From contig NC_068984.1 in the NCBI RefSeq assembly GCF_001194135.2, positions 7,549,783 to 7,585,949 of the forward strand: 36,167 nt of DNA. Direction: 5' to 3'. Each line of letters starts with the position of its first letter. Positions within the stretch are counted from its first letter, which is position 1. The DNA is from Octopus bimaculoides (Eukaryota). Shown here piece after piece: positions 23,111-34,363 of this stretch. The notes under the pieces are model-generated. The model did no database searches and was not told the origin of the DNA. It saw nothing but the letters and a program-made list of their open reading frames with translations. Made by a program: the position numbers and the translations under genes.

Positions 23111-23945
23111 TGATGCTACTTCGTTTATTACGGTGAACCAAGGTAACACAGTAAGCTCTATTACATTTATCACGGATTGATCTGCGATAACACGGGTTGG
23201 CAATCAGTTGAAGAGTATGTTTGTCCTGCGAAAACACATTCCGGCGATCTCTCGCAATCTTTAGCTTCACAGAATGCATCGACTGTCACTTGCGACCATC
23301 TCACGGTGCCGCGAGGCTGCGCATTTCCGTTATAGATTTACGTGCTCGCACCCATGAACATTGGATCAGTGAAGAGAGAAATACGAAGGCACCTGATCGT
23401 GAAAGACGGCGCAGAGGCGTGTATTTTCTACGCGAAGTAGAGACAATTAAGAAAATACGCGATTGTGGAAACTTCGCTGCTGTGGGCCGCGATGTGTCGA
23501 TGACTCTATTATTCATCCTATCAGAAAACTACATAGAGATGATTCATTTATCACAGGAATTTCTCAACCAAATCCCTGTGGTAAATGAGGATAGACGTAT
23601 TAATTTATATTAATATAATTGGAAAACTCCGTAATGAGATGAATATAGAATCTGAATGAGAGACGTTTAGCTTTCGATCTTTTTTGCGACAATTGCAAAA
23701 CACGAGACAACACTGCTCCGTTGTAAGACATTTCACAACATCGAAGAATAACAATTAACATAGAAAATAAGATATGTCGGTCGGATCCATAGATATCAAG
23801 GGATTTTTGACACGAGAGAATTTATTCAAAGATAAAACCTTTCAAATCAAACGCCATAATCACTTGTCTGGAAACATGTAGATTTTACTTTCGTTTCTTC
23901 TTTTCCTTCTCTCTCGGTTATCTATTAGTGTTTCTGTTTGACACA

Positions 23946-23985
<40 letters not shown>

Positions 23986-23996
23986 TCTCTCCCTCT
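23946..23996. repeat. (CT)n microsatellite
   Basis: Direct. Confidence 0.95.
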
Positions 23997-24142
23997 ATCG
24001 ATGTCTTTCTCTCCCTTAGATGTTGACACATGCAAATAAATAAACGACGAGGCTTCTGTGTTGCCGATCAGCTTGCTACAACTCGGAACCAAATGTCCTT
24101 GAAATCAAGACCACTACATGTACAAAAAGTAAGGCACATTGT

Positions 24143-24228
24143 ATATGTGTGTGTGTGTGTGTGTGTGCCTATGTGTCTGAGTAGGCGTATGTGTGTGTGT
24201 GTGTGTATGCGTATGTGTGAATATATGT
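24143..24228. repeat. Imperfect (TG)n microsatellite
   Basis: Direct. Confidence 0.9.
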
Positions 24229-24231
24229 ATA

Positions 24232-24364
24232 TCATTTTCTAATCTAGGTACAAGACCCGAAATTTTTGGAGGTGGGGCCAGTCGATTAGATCCACCCCAG
24301 TACGCAATTGGTACTTAATTTATCGACCCCGGAAAGATGACAAACGAAGTCGACTTCGGCGGAG
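24232..24364 (-). mobile_element. SINE family B, 5'-truncated
   Basis: ggggccagtcgattagatccaccccagtacgcaattggtacttaatttatcgacccc...gtcgacttcggcgga. Confidence 0.9.
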
Positions 24365-24394
24365 TGAATGTATGTATATTAGTATAATTATGGA

Positions 24395-24577
24395 CACAAG
24401 CATTTTCTGATTGGTATCCAAGAGACCAGAAAAGGTCACTGTAAAGGCCCCCACGATGGTAGGGAGATGATCTACTCAAACAATTTTGGTCAAGAGGGAA
24501 GGAATGGCACAATCAAGGCAGAACTGGCAGCATCTGTTGATCTAGTAAATACTATGATACTGTGATATTTGTGTCAG

Positions 24578-24625
<48 letters not shown>

Positions 24626-24928
24626 CATACACACACATATATACACACACATAGATATACACACACATACACAAACACACATATATATACACACACATAC
24701 ACATAACACATATATATACACACACATATATTTTCTGCTGTGTCTGGGGGGAGTCATTCTCTTCTAGTACCTTATAATTTAACACACTCACCGGTTAAGT
24801 TTCCACTCATTGTGGCCTGGGGAGGGGTGACTGGTATGCATGGCCGACTGCTGGTCTTTTAAAAGCCACTTTGACCGGTCTTATGCCTCGGAGGGAAACA
24901 TTCTAGGTGCAATCCCATGGTCATTCTT
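24395..24928. mobile_element. Probable further interspersed repeat with internal (CA)/(TA) array (24577-24730)
   Basis: The microsatellite is direct. The flanks (gagatgatctactcaaacaatttt..., ctaggtgcaatcccatggtcattc) are recognised from memory of Octopus repeats; the 15-mer gagatgatctactca recurs near 1000-1015. Confidence 0.45.
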
Positions 24929-25759
24929 TAAAAATTATTGAATGTGCCACGGTATCATGCTACAACTAAGAGAACTCTGTAAGTAACATTACTGCCGCTA
25001 AATCCAAGCATTTACTGATCCTGTTATCTTATCTACAACAGGCACACATTTAATGATGCCACTCTAAAATTTCTATTCCTTACTCTGCATAGCTCACTCA
25101 CCAACATCTTGACAAAGTACTCTACTTTGTTACCATGTATCGATACAAAATTCTAAAACCAAAAAGAAATAATTTTATTTCCCTTCATTGATCTAACTGA
25201 AGCAGATAGGCAGCTCAAGAAAACAATTTGATTCTGGTTGTGCAATGGCTATAAATGGAGGAACATTTTCGCAAGCGAAGACTAATTCATTTCCACAATT
25301 CCCCACTCGGGCAAAGTTACCTAAAGATTGAAACACTTGTGACTCTGAGATATTTGCCAATGGAACAAAAGCGTTTCACAAGGTACAATAGATTCCTCAG
25401 AAGAGCTTCCACTAAGTCTGATTTGATCCTGCGTGAGGCGAAATATCTTCGATATTTATTTCACCTGAAATTACATATTCTGTGATTTCTTTATAAAACT
25501 GACGTCCAAATCATTCTCGAATTGTCACATAGCAACGGGCTGCAATACATGAACGCATGGCATATATTAGCGTGTTATTTCAACTCTATCGCTTTCACTG
25601 ATCTTCTAACAGTTCCAGATATCAAAATAAGAAGATACATATAATCTGACGTATTCACTTCCCAACTTCTGTCATTCCTTCCTAGATATTCCGCTCAAAA
25701 AATGTCCAAACCATTTTCTTGATCTCCCGTGTCATGTTCTTCGAGCTTATATTTATTCA

Positions 25760-26030
25760 TGAGATACATACGTAGGCGTGCATAAATGTGTACGTATATA
25801 TGTGTATGTATGTATGTATGCGCAACAGTACGAATATACATGTGTAGTTTGTGTAAGTGTGTATGTGTGTGTTTGCGTATATGTGTGTGTATACATGCAT
25901 GTATATATGCATGTATATATGTGTGGTTCACATACTAAAAAGCAGACAAAAAGAAATGCAGCGAGGAAACGAATGGAAAGAGCAAAAATCTGGAGAAAAA
26001 CATCTGTCTGCATTAATACACGTATGCGTG

Positions 26031-26072
<42 letters not shown>
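25760..26072. repeat. Imperfect (TATG)/(TG) array and (TA)n running into the gap
   Basis: Direct. Confidence 0.85.
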
Positions 26073-27053
26073 NNNNNNNNNNNNNNNNNNNNNNNNNNNN
26101 NNNNNNNNNNNNNNNNNNNNNNNNNNNNNNNNNNNNNNNNNNNNNNNNNNNNNNNNNNNNNNNNNNNNNNNNNNNNNNNNNNNNNNNNNNNNNNNNNNNN
26201 NNNNNNNNNNNNNNNNNNNNNNNNNNNNNNNNNNNNNNNNNNNNNNNNNNNNNNNNNNNNNNNNNNNNNNNNNNNNNNNNNNNNNNNNNNNNNNNNNNNN
26301 NNNNNNNNNNNNNNNNNNNNNNNNNNNNNNNNNNNNNNNNNNNNNNNNNNNNNNNNNNNNNNNNNNNNNNNNNNNNNNNNNNNNNNNNNNNNNNNNNNNN
26401 NNNNNNNNNNNNNNNNNNNNNNNNNNNNNNNNNNNNNNNNNNNNNNNNNNNNNNNNNNNNNNNNNNNNNNNNNNNNNNNNNNNNNNNNNNNNNNNNNNNN
26501 NNNNNNNNNNNNNNNNNNNNNNNNNNNNNNNNNNNNNNNNNNNNNNNNNNNNNNNNNNNNNNNNNNNNNNNNNNNNNNNNNNNNNNNNNNNNNNNNNNNN
26601 NNNNNNNNNNNNNNNNNNNNNNNNNNNNNNNNNNNNNNNNNNNNNNNNNNNNNNNNNNNNNNNNNNNNNNNNNNNNNNNNNNNNNNNNNNNNNNNNNNNN
26701 NNNNNNNNNNNNNNNNNNNNNNNNNNNNNNNNNNNNNNNNNNNNNNNNNNNNNNNNNNNNNNNNNNNNNNNNNNNNNNNNNNNNNNNNNNNNNNNNNNNN
26801 NNNNNNNNNNNNNNNNNNNNNNNNNNNNNNNNNNNNNNNNNNNNNNNNNNNNNNNNNNNNNNNNNNNNNNNNNNNNNNNNNNNNNNNNNNNNNNNNNNNN
26901 NNNNNNNNNNNNNNNNNNNNNNNNNNNNNNNNNNNNNNNNNNNNNNNNNNNNNNNNNNNNNNNNNNNNNNNNNNNNNNNNNNNNNNNNNNNNNNNNNNNN
27001 NNNNNNNNNNNNNNNNNNNNNNNNNNNNNNNNNNNNNNNNNNNNNNNNNNNNN
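26073..27053. other. Assembly gap (about 980 N)
   Basis: Direct; the long ORFs across it are artefacts. Confidence 1.
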
Positions 27054-27067
27054 CGCTCTTCCGATCT
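27054..27067 (+). other. Illumina adapter remnant CGCTCTTCCGATCT (assembly artefact)
   Basis: Exact 14-mer 3' end of the Illumina Read-1 primer/adapter (…ACGACGCTCTTCCGATCT), forming the first bases after the gap. Confidence 0.9.
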
Positions 27068-27269
27068 ATATATAGCTTTCCTGTCACTCCCTTCCTGTAT
27101 GTAGTCATCTCATTTATATATATAGCATTCTCATTTTCTCTATTTTTCCCTATTTGTCTCTGATGAGGGAATATCCCAAACTCGGGGACATCCCAGAAAC
27201 AGCTGTTAGACGGAATTTTTTTCCAATAGTAATATTCTATGCGATTTGAGATGCTTGTCTTGCCTTAAT

Positions 27270-27928
27270 GTTTGGACCTGCTGCGATTCGCTCTTGATTT
27301 CGACAACGGTATTAAGACGGCGACCTTTAAGCTTCATTTTCATTTTGGGGAATTGATGTGTGTTTCAGGTGCCAAACCCGGTGAATAGGGCGGGTGCAGA
27401 AGCGGCACAATATTGTTTTTGGTGACAAACTGACGAATGAAGAGAGTACAATTATAGGGCCCATTGTCGTCGTGAAGAATGCACTTCTTCGCGTTCCATG
27501 GATCCGATTTCTTTCGCCGAATGTCCCTCCACGGCCACCGCAGACTCTTCAAAACGTGGCCGTAGAAATCTCGATTGACAGTATGACCCTGAGGATAAAT
27601 TGTCGATGCACAATACCGCTTATGTAAAAATAATAAGCAATGAACATGCTCTTGACTGATTTGCAGCTTTGTCGTGCCTTCTTCGGTCGTGGAGATGAAG
27701 AGCTCTTTCATGGTGACGATTGCTGCTTCGCCTTTGAAGTATGTTCCATGTCTTTGTATAAGAATTTCCAAGTTTAACCCACAATTTCACGTTGGACCTT
27801 TATTCCAACAGCCTATTCGTGACAAAAATCGCATGCTATAGCATACACGTGATCACAAAAACAGAAATTTCACAACCTGCGAAGTAAACAGTTCTGCAGT
27901 AGCTGGTTCTTTTGGTCAAACTATCGTA
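27270..27928 (-). mobile_element. Mariner (Tc1/mariner DD34D family) transposon relic, internally deleted, probably irritans-like
   Basis: N-terminal E*RSNVKLWVKLGNSYTKTWNILQ joined to KQQSSP*KSSSSPRPKKARQS..KSM, then QGHTVNRDFY, ILHDDN, HPPYSPGLAP (about 27367-27396) and PKMKMKLKGRR. A TIR-like tacgatagtttgaccaaaag starts at TA 27927-27928; the other TIR is not visible. Confidence 0.88.
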
Positions 27929-29736
27929 TCTCCAGCTGCTTCAGATGCCATAATATGAAAAATTGTTAAAGTGTAGTGCAACGGTTTTGCTATTGAATGG
28001 TGAAACTATTTTTTCGTTTTCTGAAAAAAAGTAACGCTTTGATTTTACGATACTTTTGCATAATAGCAACAATATGTATATGTATATATGTCCAAAACAT
28101 ATATGTCCAAAACATTTAAATGGAAATCAAAACAAAAATTGCATTTGAAACTTCCAATTTTCTTAGAAAAAGTAGATTATTTTTCCATATAATCTTCCTG
28201 CTTTATCGTCTTTTTTTTTTTTTTGGTGAGGGGAGGTTTGTTATTTCTAAATTTTCCGGTCTGCTTAAAGCAACAATGACATTCAGATACAAAAATATCA
28301 TCCATCATTTCTGCAATGACATTTCAAAATGTTTCTGTAATTACAACCGTGTTTTCATGGCGGCAATTCTTCGAGTTCTTGAGATGAGAGAAAAGGATGT
28401 CATCTGAAGAAATAATTGCGAGAGAAATTTGACGAACGAATTCAATGAAAATATTATTGATACATGAGTGGCGAGGTCTGATCTATTGTCGTGGTTATAC
28501 TCGATGTCACGTGACAGGATGACTTTTCTCCTGTTGTTTCTATTGAATGTTGATAATTATAATGTTAATTGCTGTCACATAGTATTGACTTGTCATAGTT
28601 TGACTAGAAGCATCGATTCGTTCCATTCAATATGAATGACACATTTAAGATAATAAAAGACACGTCATCAAATTTGCTCCAATTAACTTAATTATTTCTG
28701 GTTTGATAGGAGATGGGGATCCCTTAATCGTCATTCCATTCATAGTTAGTTGCTGCCTATTTCACTATACACACATGAATGAGTGTGTGCGTGTGTGTGT
28801 GTGTGTTTGTTTGTTTATTCGTACAAACTGGATAGGGAAAATTCAGAACACGAGTATATATATATATCTTTACATTTTTGTTGGCAGAAGTTGCAATGTG
28901 ACTCATGTTAAGGCCCCAAACATTACGTCAAAGCATTCACCGGGAATCGAAACCTTCATGTCTGTACCATTATGCTAAGACGCCCCTGACAACAGATACT
29001 GCCCTTTTATGCTGGTAAGTAATAACTTTTGGAACGTGAAACCAGTCTGCAAACAAATTTATTAGTGCTGAGTGTGTTGATATTCTACAGAAAATAAAGG
29101 AATTCCCGAACACAGGAAGGCTGTGAAGACGGCTTAGAAAATCGGGTTAAAACCGTTTCGAACCCTGCACCTTCCAAATTCCATCCGTGGTTCTCTAGAT
29201 TTGTTCAAAGCGTCGACGTTCACGACGTCATCCGTGACTTGGACTTTCTTCCTCGAGATCTGCTTCAACAAGCGAGTCTACATCAAGAATCTTGCAAACC
29301 AAATACAAACCACTCTCTCCCTCTCCGTCTCTCTTCCCCCTCTCTCTGTATTTACGCACGTCAATGTCTGCACACTGCGCTTTGCTACATACTATAATGC
29401 CCAGACATGATTTGACTCCATTTGGTTATTACTAAGCAGCCAATAATTTTATGATATTTAAATATTTTCAGACGTGCAGCGATTCTTAGCCATTCTTATG
29501 TAATTAAAGAATTATGTAAACAAGATTATAACGACTAGTTAGTGGATTAGTTAATTACATTTCTTTCAAACTTTCAATACAAACACGACGATATGTTACC
29601 AGTTTGTTAATTGCCAACGAGAATATTAATATACCTCGGGTGTATAATATTTCAGCCATTAGATTATTCAGTGAAACACTATTCTGAAATGCGGAAATTT
29701 ATGACATTTATTTTTTTGTTTGATATTTGTTTGCTA

Positions 29737-29915
29737 AAGGCGGCACGCTGGTAAAATCGTTAGCACGTCGAACATAAAATTTATGGGCATTTATTTTTTC
29801 TTTCGGGTTGATACGTTCGAATTTCAAATCCCGCCGAGGACAAATATGCTGCCCATCTCCTCGGGACGTTGTATTATAAAGTACTAGTCGTTTATAAGAA
29901 TCCATGTAACTGACG
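29737..29915 (+). mobile_element. SINE family B, degenerate; interrupted, remainder probably at about 30316-30365
   Basis: aaggcggcacgctggtaaaatcgttagcacg...ttcaaatcccgccgagg. Confidence 0.75.
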
Positions 29916-29922
29916 TGCTGTA

Positions 29923-30315
29923 GTGGAGGCACAATGGCCCAGTGGTTAGGGCAGTGGACTCGCGGTCATAGGATCGCGGTTTCGGTTTCCAGACCGGGCG
30001 TTGTGAGTGTTTATTGAGCGAAAACACCTAAAGCTCCACGATTCTCCGGCAGGGGATGGTGGCGAACCCTGCTGTACTCTTTCACCACAACTTTCTCTCA
30101 CTCTTACTTCTTGTTTCTGTTGTGCCTGTAATTCAAAAGGGTCAGCCTTGTCACACTGTGTCACGCTGAATATCCCCGAGAACTACATTAAGGGTACACG
30201 TATCTGTGGAGTGCTCAGCTACTTGCACGTTAATTTCACTAGTAGCCTGTTCCCTTGATCGGATCGACTGGAACCCTCGACATCATAAGCGACGGAGTGC
30301 CAACAACAACAACAA
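29923..30315 (+). mobile_element. Full-length tRNA-derived SINE: head H1 + tail X ending in (CAA)n
   Basis: A/B-box-like head, tail gtcacgctgaatatccccgagaactacattaagggtacacg...ctggaaccctcg...gacggagtgc(caa)5. Confidence 0.95.
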
Positions 30316-30749
30316 ACTGACTTGTGCCCCACCCTCTCAAACCTTGGTGGTCTTCACCCATCAAACAGACCGGTGTTCTGTTCGAGTGGATGTTGTGATC
30401 TTGCTCCTGTATATTCCATGGAAACCGGTTAACAGTCTTTAGGAATCTTAGAACTCAAGAAAAAGAAAACGCTCTGCTTTTAGGATCGTAAATAGAAAGA
30501 GCATCATTACTTTTGGTGCAATCAGAAAATAGAGCAAAATACTCCAATTTCTGTTGAGATTTTGAATATATAGGTAGCCATACTTTTCTGATGGGTCGAA
30601 ATTTGATGTATTTTAAAGTATTTAGATATTTACCATTAATTCTGGGGTTTATTTCCGGCGGAAGTTTGTCTTTACTGTTCATCCTTCAGTTTCAGAGTGC
30701 AGAATATTTCAATTTCACAAACAGTGTCACACATCTTTAAATGGACAGT

Positions 30750-31148
30750 TTGCTATTCTAATAAAATATCGATTAGTTCTTAGTGGCCACGATCGACGGC
30801 TCGGTTCGTATATCTGATGAAGTATAACGACACAGAAACATAAGCACCCCACAGTTCAGTAACTTCATTCACGGCCCTGAAGTGTGTTTGCATTTATATT
30901 GAGACAACATATGCAGCGTATTGTCATTCCGTATCCGTATGTAGACCAACAGGTCAAATAAGGAACGGCAGAATTATATTTCATTCGATACTGCTTAATG
31001 TGCCTCTAATTTATTCCTGCTTCATACCACTTTTCGCACATCACTATACTATTTGCAATTGTAATACAAGAGTGACTATCGCTTAGTGGCCATGAACAAC
31101 GGCTCAGTATACATAGCTTGCGAAGTGTAACGACTCAAGAGCGTATGT
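30750..31148. repeat. Gapless diverged direct repeat: 96-nt copies at 30750-30845 and 31053-31148
   Basis: 66/96 identities by hand alignment, offset 303, no indels. Confidence 0.9.
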
Positions 31149-32041
31149 TTTTTTATATAATTCTTGGACATCAGATATGGTCTAGTAATGTGTTTACATC
31201 TGCTAGTGTTTGTCTAAACACCTACACCAGAACTTCACTGATGTAGCAATCTACGCTTGGTCCATCCCAAGTAGAATTTAATTGCACTATATTCGTGGTG
31301 ACAAAATCTCTGACTCCTATTTGCCATCAGCTGGATGTGGTGACGTCGAGCGGTTGCCTCACCATTCTGTAATTAGCGCCAAAGGTGCTTATATATAGAG
31401 CACAGTGAGAAAGACCTAGAAAATCGAATCACACAATGGCTGGATGCTGACTGGTCGCTAAATAGACCAATCAAGTGAAACTACTGAGCTCAGACCATGT
31501 CTGCTCAGCGACCTAGGGATTCGCTTTCGAATCTTCGACACACTCATATTGTCTTTAAGAAGAATTTCTTCGCCCTAAACAACCTAGCGTAGCAGCGTAT
31601 AGCGTTTCCATGTGCAAATGCACATAAACATGACTGCACGTAAATAACCGTTAACAACCGGCGTCGAGTCAATTAGAAACACGTCTCTCTTCAAATCGAT
31701 GGTCAAATATGAACACAGAATGAAACAATGCACTTTTAGCTTTGGGGGCGCTGTGTTTTACCAATTCTCACTACGATCATACTGTGACACCACCTTCCAG
31801 AATATCCCTGAGAGAAACAGAAATATTCCTATTTTAAAGATATGTAACCACGTCTTTGCGTTTGGAAATGACGTAGCAATCATAAACACTAAATTTTTCA
31901 TAGAAAGTGTTTCCCTTAATAGAATCACCAGTGTTGTAGTTAGAAAATGTAGCTGATCCGATAAATAGTGATCCTGATACAATGTAATCGGTCCATATGT
32001 TAAAATATCATACATTTATTCTTATTAGTACCCATTGGTGA

Positions 32042-32259
32042 AAGGCTGCGTGCTGGCAGAATTGTTAGCACGCCGGGCAAAATGCTAAGCGGCATTTCGT
32101 CTGTTTTTACGTTCTGATTTCAAATTCCGCCGACGTTGATTTTGTCATTTATCCTTTCGGAGCCGATAAAGTAAGTACCAGTTGAATACTGGGCTAGATG
32201 TAACTGACTTACCCACTTCCTTTAAACTTACTGGCCTTATGCCAAAATTTGAAGCCAAT
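32042..32259 (+). mobile_element. SINE family B
   Basis: gctggcagaattgttagcacgccgggcaaaatgctaagcggcatttcgtc...ttcaaattccgccga...aagtaccagttg...gccaaaatttgaa. Confidence 0.92.
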
Positions 32260-32709
32260 AAAACTCATCAGTGTAAACGAATAACACTCACAAACTATCC
32301 ATTCGCCTGAGAGTAGGGGTAATACAGACAAATGGATATACCTAAGTCAACAAATGCTCACATTTATGCAAACATAAAGACATAAAATATATACTCACTG
32401 GAAATACAATATTGAGAAATTGCTAGATTTTGTGGCACGGTTTTTAGGTGATAAGGGGATGGAATTTAGCCAAACAAATATTCATATTCGGTAGTTAAAC
32501 ACAGGAAAGCTGTTTTTCAGCCTTTAAGATATAAATGTTTTCTGTCTGTACTGTTCTATACAATGTATGCTAAAAATACCGATGTATTCACGAAAATATA
32601 TCGATGTGCCATGAATTAAAATGGAGTTTTAAAGTTTTTTTCTATCAGATATGAAAGAAAAAACATTCTGGCGTAGAAGGATTCTGAAGTGAAAAAAGAA
32701 ATGAAACAA

Positions 32710-32910
32710 GACGCATGCATAGCTGTGTGGCAAGAATCTTGTTTTCCAAGTACACTGCTCTGGGTTCGATCTCACTGAGTGGAATCTTGAGGAAGTGTCT
32801 TCGATTATAGCTTTGAGCCGACCCAAACCTTTTGAGTGGGTTTGGTAGAAAGTAAATAAACGAAGCACATCGCGTGTATATGTGTGTGTGTGTGTGGTTG
32901 TGTGTGTGTG
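32710..32910 (+). mobile_element. SINE family A head followed by (TG)n
   Basis: agctgtgtggcaagaat...ctgggttcgatctcactg...aagtgtcttc..ttatagc...tgagtgggtttggtaga. Confidence 0.8.
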
Positions 32911-33061
32911 ATCTTATGTCCTAGTAGGGTGTAAAGGTAGGGAATTTCCAGAGAAGCACTCAAACGTGAACACTGGGCTATCAACACTGACGGGTTCCAG
33001 GCGAATGCTGGTACTGTTACAGCATATCTCTCGCTCAGATATTTAAAACTAGCCATTTTTC

Positions 33062-33210
33062 TCTGAATATATACATATTATACATACATTCTTCAAACAT
33101 ATATACATCATATACACGTTATACATACATACATAACATACGTATATGCATGCATACACATAATCATGCTTAAATACATACACATACATATATATATGCA
33201 TATACACATA
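33062..33210. repeat. Imperfect (TACA)/(TA) low-complexity array
   Basis: Direct. Confidence 0.8.
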
Positions 33211-33354
33211 ATAAATACTTCATTTTGACAGATAACAGCCGTCTAAATCAATCGAAATCCTTCTGATAATCTCCATTACGTCTGGATGCTTTGAGAAAAC
33301 TGTCAAATAGGAAAACTCCGTCAAAACCTTTTCTGTCCAAGATTTATAATATAC

Positions 33355-33643
33355 GTGAAAGCACCTGGCCTAGTGGTTAGGGCATTGCACACACGATCGC
33401 TAGATTATGGTTTCGATTTCCAGCCCGAGCGGCGCCTTGTGTTCTTGAGAAAAACACTTCTTTTCATCTTGCCCCAGTTCATTCAGCCGTAAATGGACAC
33501 CCTGAGACAGAATAGCATTCCGATCAGGATGAATGGTTGGTGTACTCGCCCAGCCAGAAGGGGTGACATCATTCTAAAACTAGAACAATGCGAAGCGCAT
33601 TGTGATCAGTGATGCATAACAGTATTCGATAGTCTGATCGATA
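33355..33643 (+). mobile_element. tRNA-derived SINE: H2-like head/core + third tail type (Z)
   Basis: tggcctagtggttagggc...ggtttcgatttcc...ttgtgttcttgagaaaaacactt...; tail aacaatgcgaagcgcattgtgatcag is not shared with X or Y. Confidence 0.8.
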
Positions 33644-33678
33644 CCGTGCTACGCAAAGACACAAACACACGTAGACAC

Positions 33679-33681
<3 letters not shown>

Positions 33682-33732
<51 letters not shown>
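33682..33732. repeat. (TA)n(CA)n microsatellite
   Basis: Direct. Confidence 0.95.
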
Positions 33733-34244
33733 AAGACTACTCAATGAAATATGCACAATGAACTAAATGTATGCGTGTGTGTGTGTGTGTACATTCAGAA
33801 AATAACGTGTTTAAACGAAATATATGTACTTCAAAAGAGTTTGTTAAATTGTTACAAGAGCAGCGTATATTGAGCTCCTTGATATATTTCAGCAACCACA
33901 TTGCATATTTACTGAAGGGAGTTGAAGGAAATCATCTTAAACCAGAATGGTCTCATAACTTGAAAAACAATGTATTATCGCCGATACTTTCATCAGAATC
34001 GAATAAATGTAAACGCATTAGCAACGCAGTTTGAGAATAAGATCACATAGACTTAAATTATAGATCACATGAGCTGAAAATAAGAACTGAAGAGCCGCAT
34101 CTGAAAACGGACAACAGAAATCGATATATTATAAAGGCAAAATGCTGACGAGATTGTTTTGCGATGAGCCTAAAACAGTATTTGGTGGTCTCAACATAAA
34201 TAAGCACTGTTAGTGTAAAAGCATTTCCACCACGAGAACACGTA

Positions 34245-34286
34245 AAGAGTACAACGAGTCTGTAGAAGAGTACTACGAGTCTGTAA
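34245..34286 (+). repeat. 21-bp tandem duplication
   Basis: aagagtacaacgagtctgtag / aagagtactacgagtctgtaa. Confidence 0.9.
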
Positions 34287-34363
34287 AGAAGGAGACACGA
34301 TATGTTTTCCGAGACCAAAGGATGAATGAGCTAAATCATAGATCCTTAAAGTTCACAAATATA

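Noticed and set aside
25753-27163. 451- and 461-aa ORFs
   Set aside because: Almost entirely N; the same applies to ORFs over the other gaps.
29923-30000. tRNA genes (also at 10204, 33355, 35730)
   Set aside because: A/B boxes are present but there is no acceptor stem, and they run into SINE bodies; these are SINE heads.
30455-30682. KFRPIRKVWLP resembling a group II intron RT motif; antisense signal-anchor-like peptide
   Set aside because: The following K..G..RPLGI motif is absent; isolated short match in AT-rich DNA.
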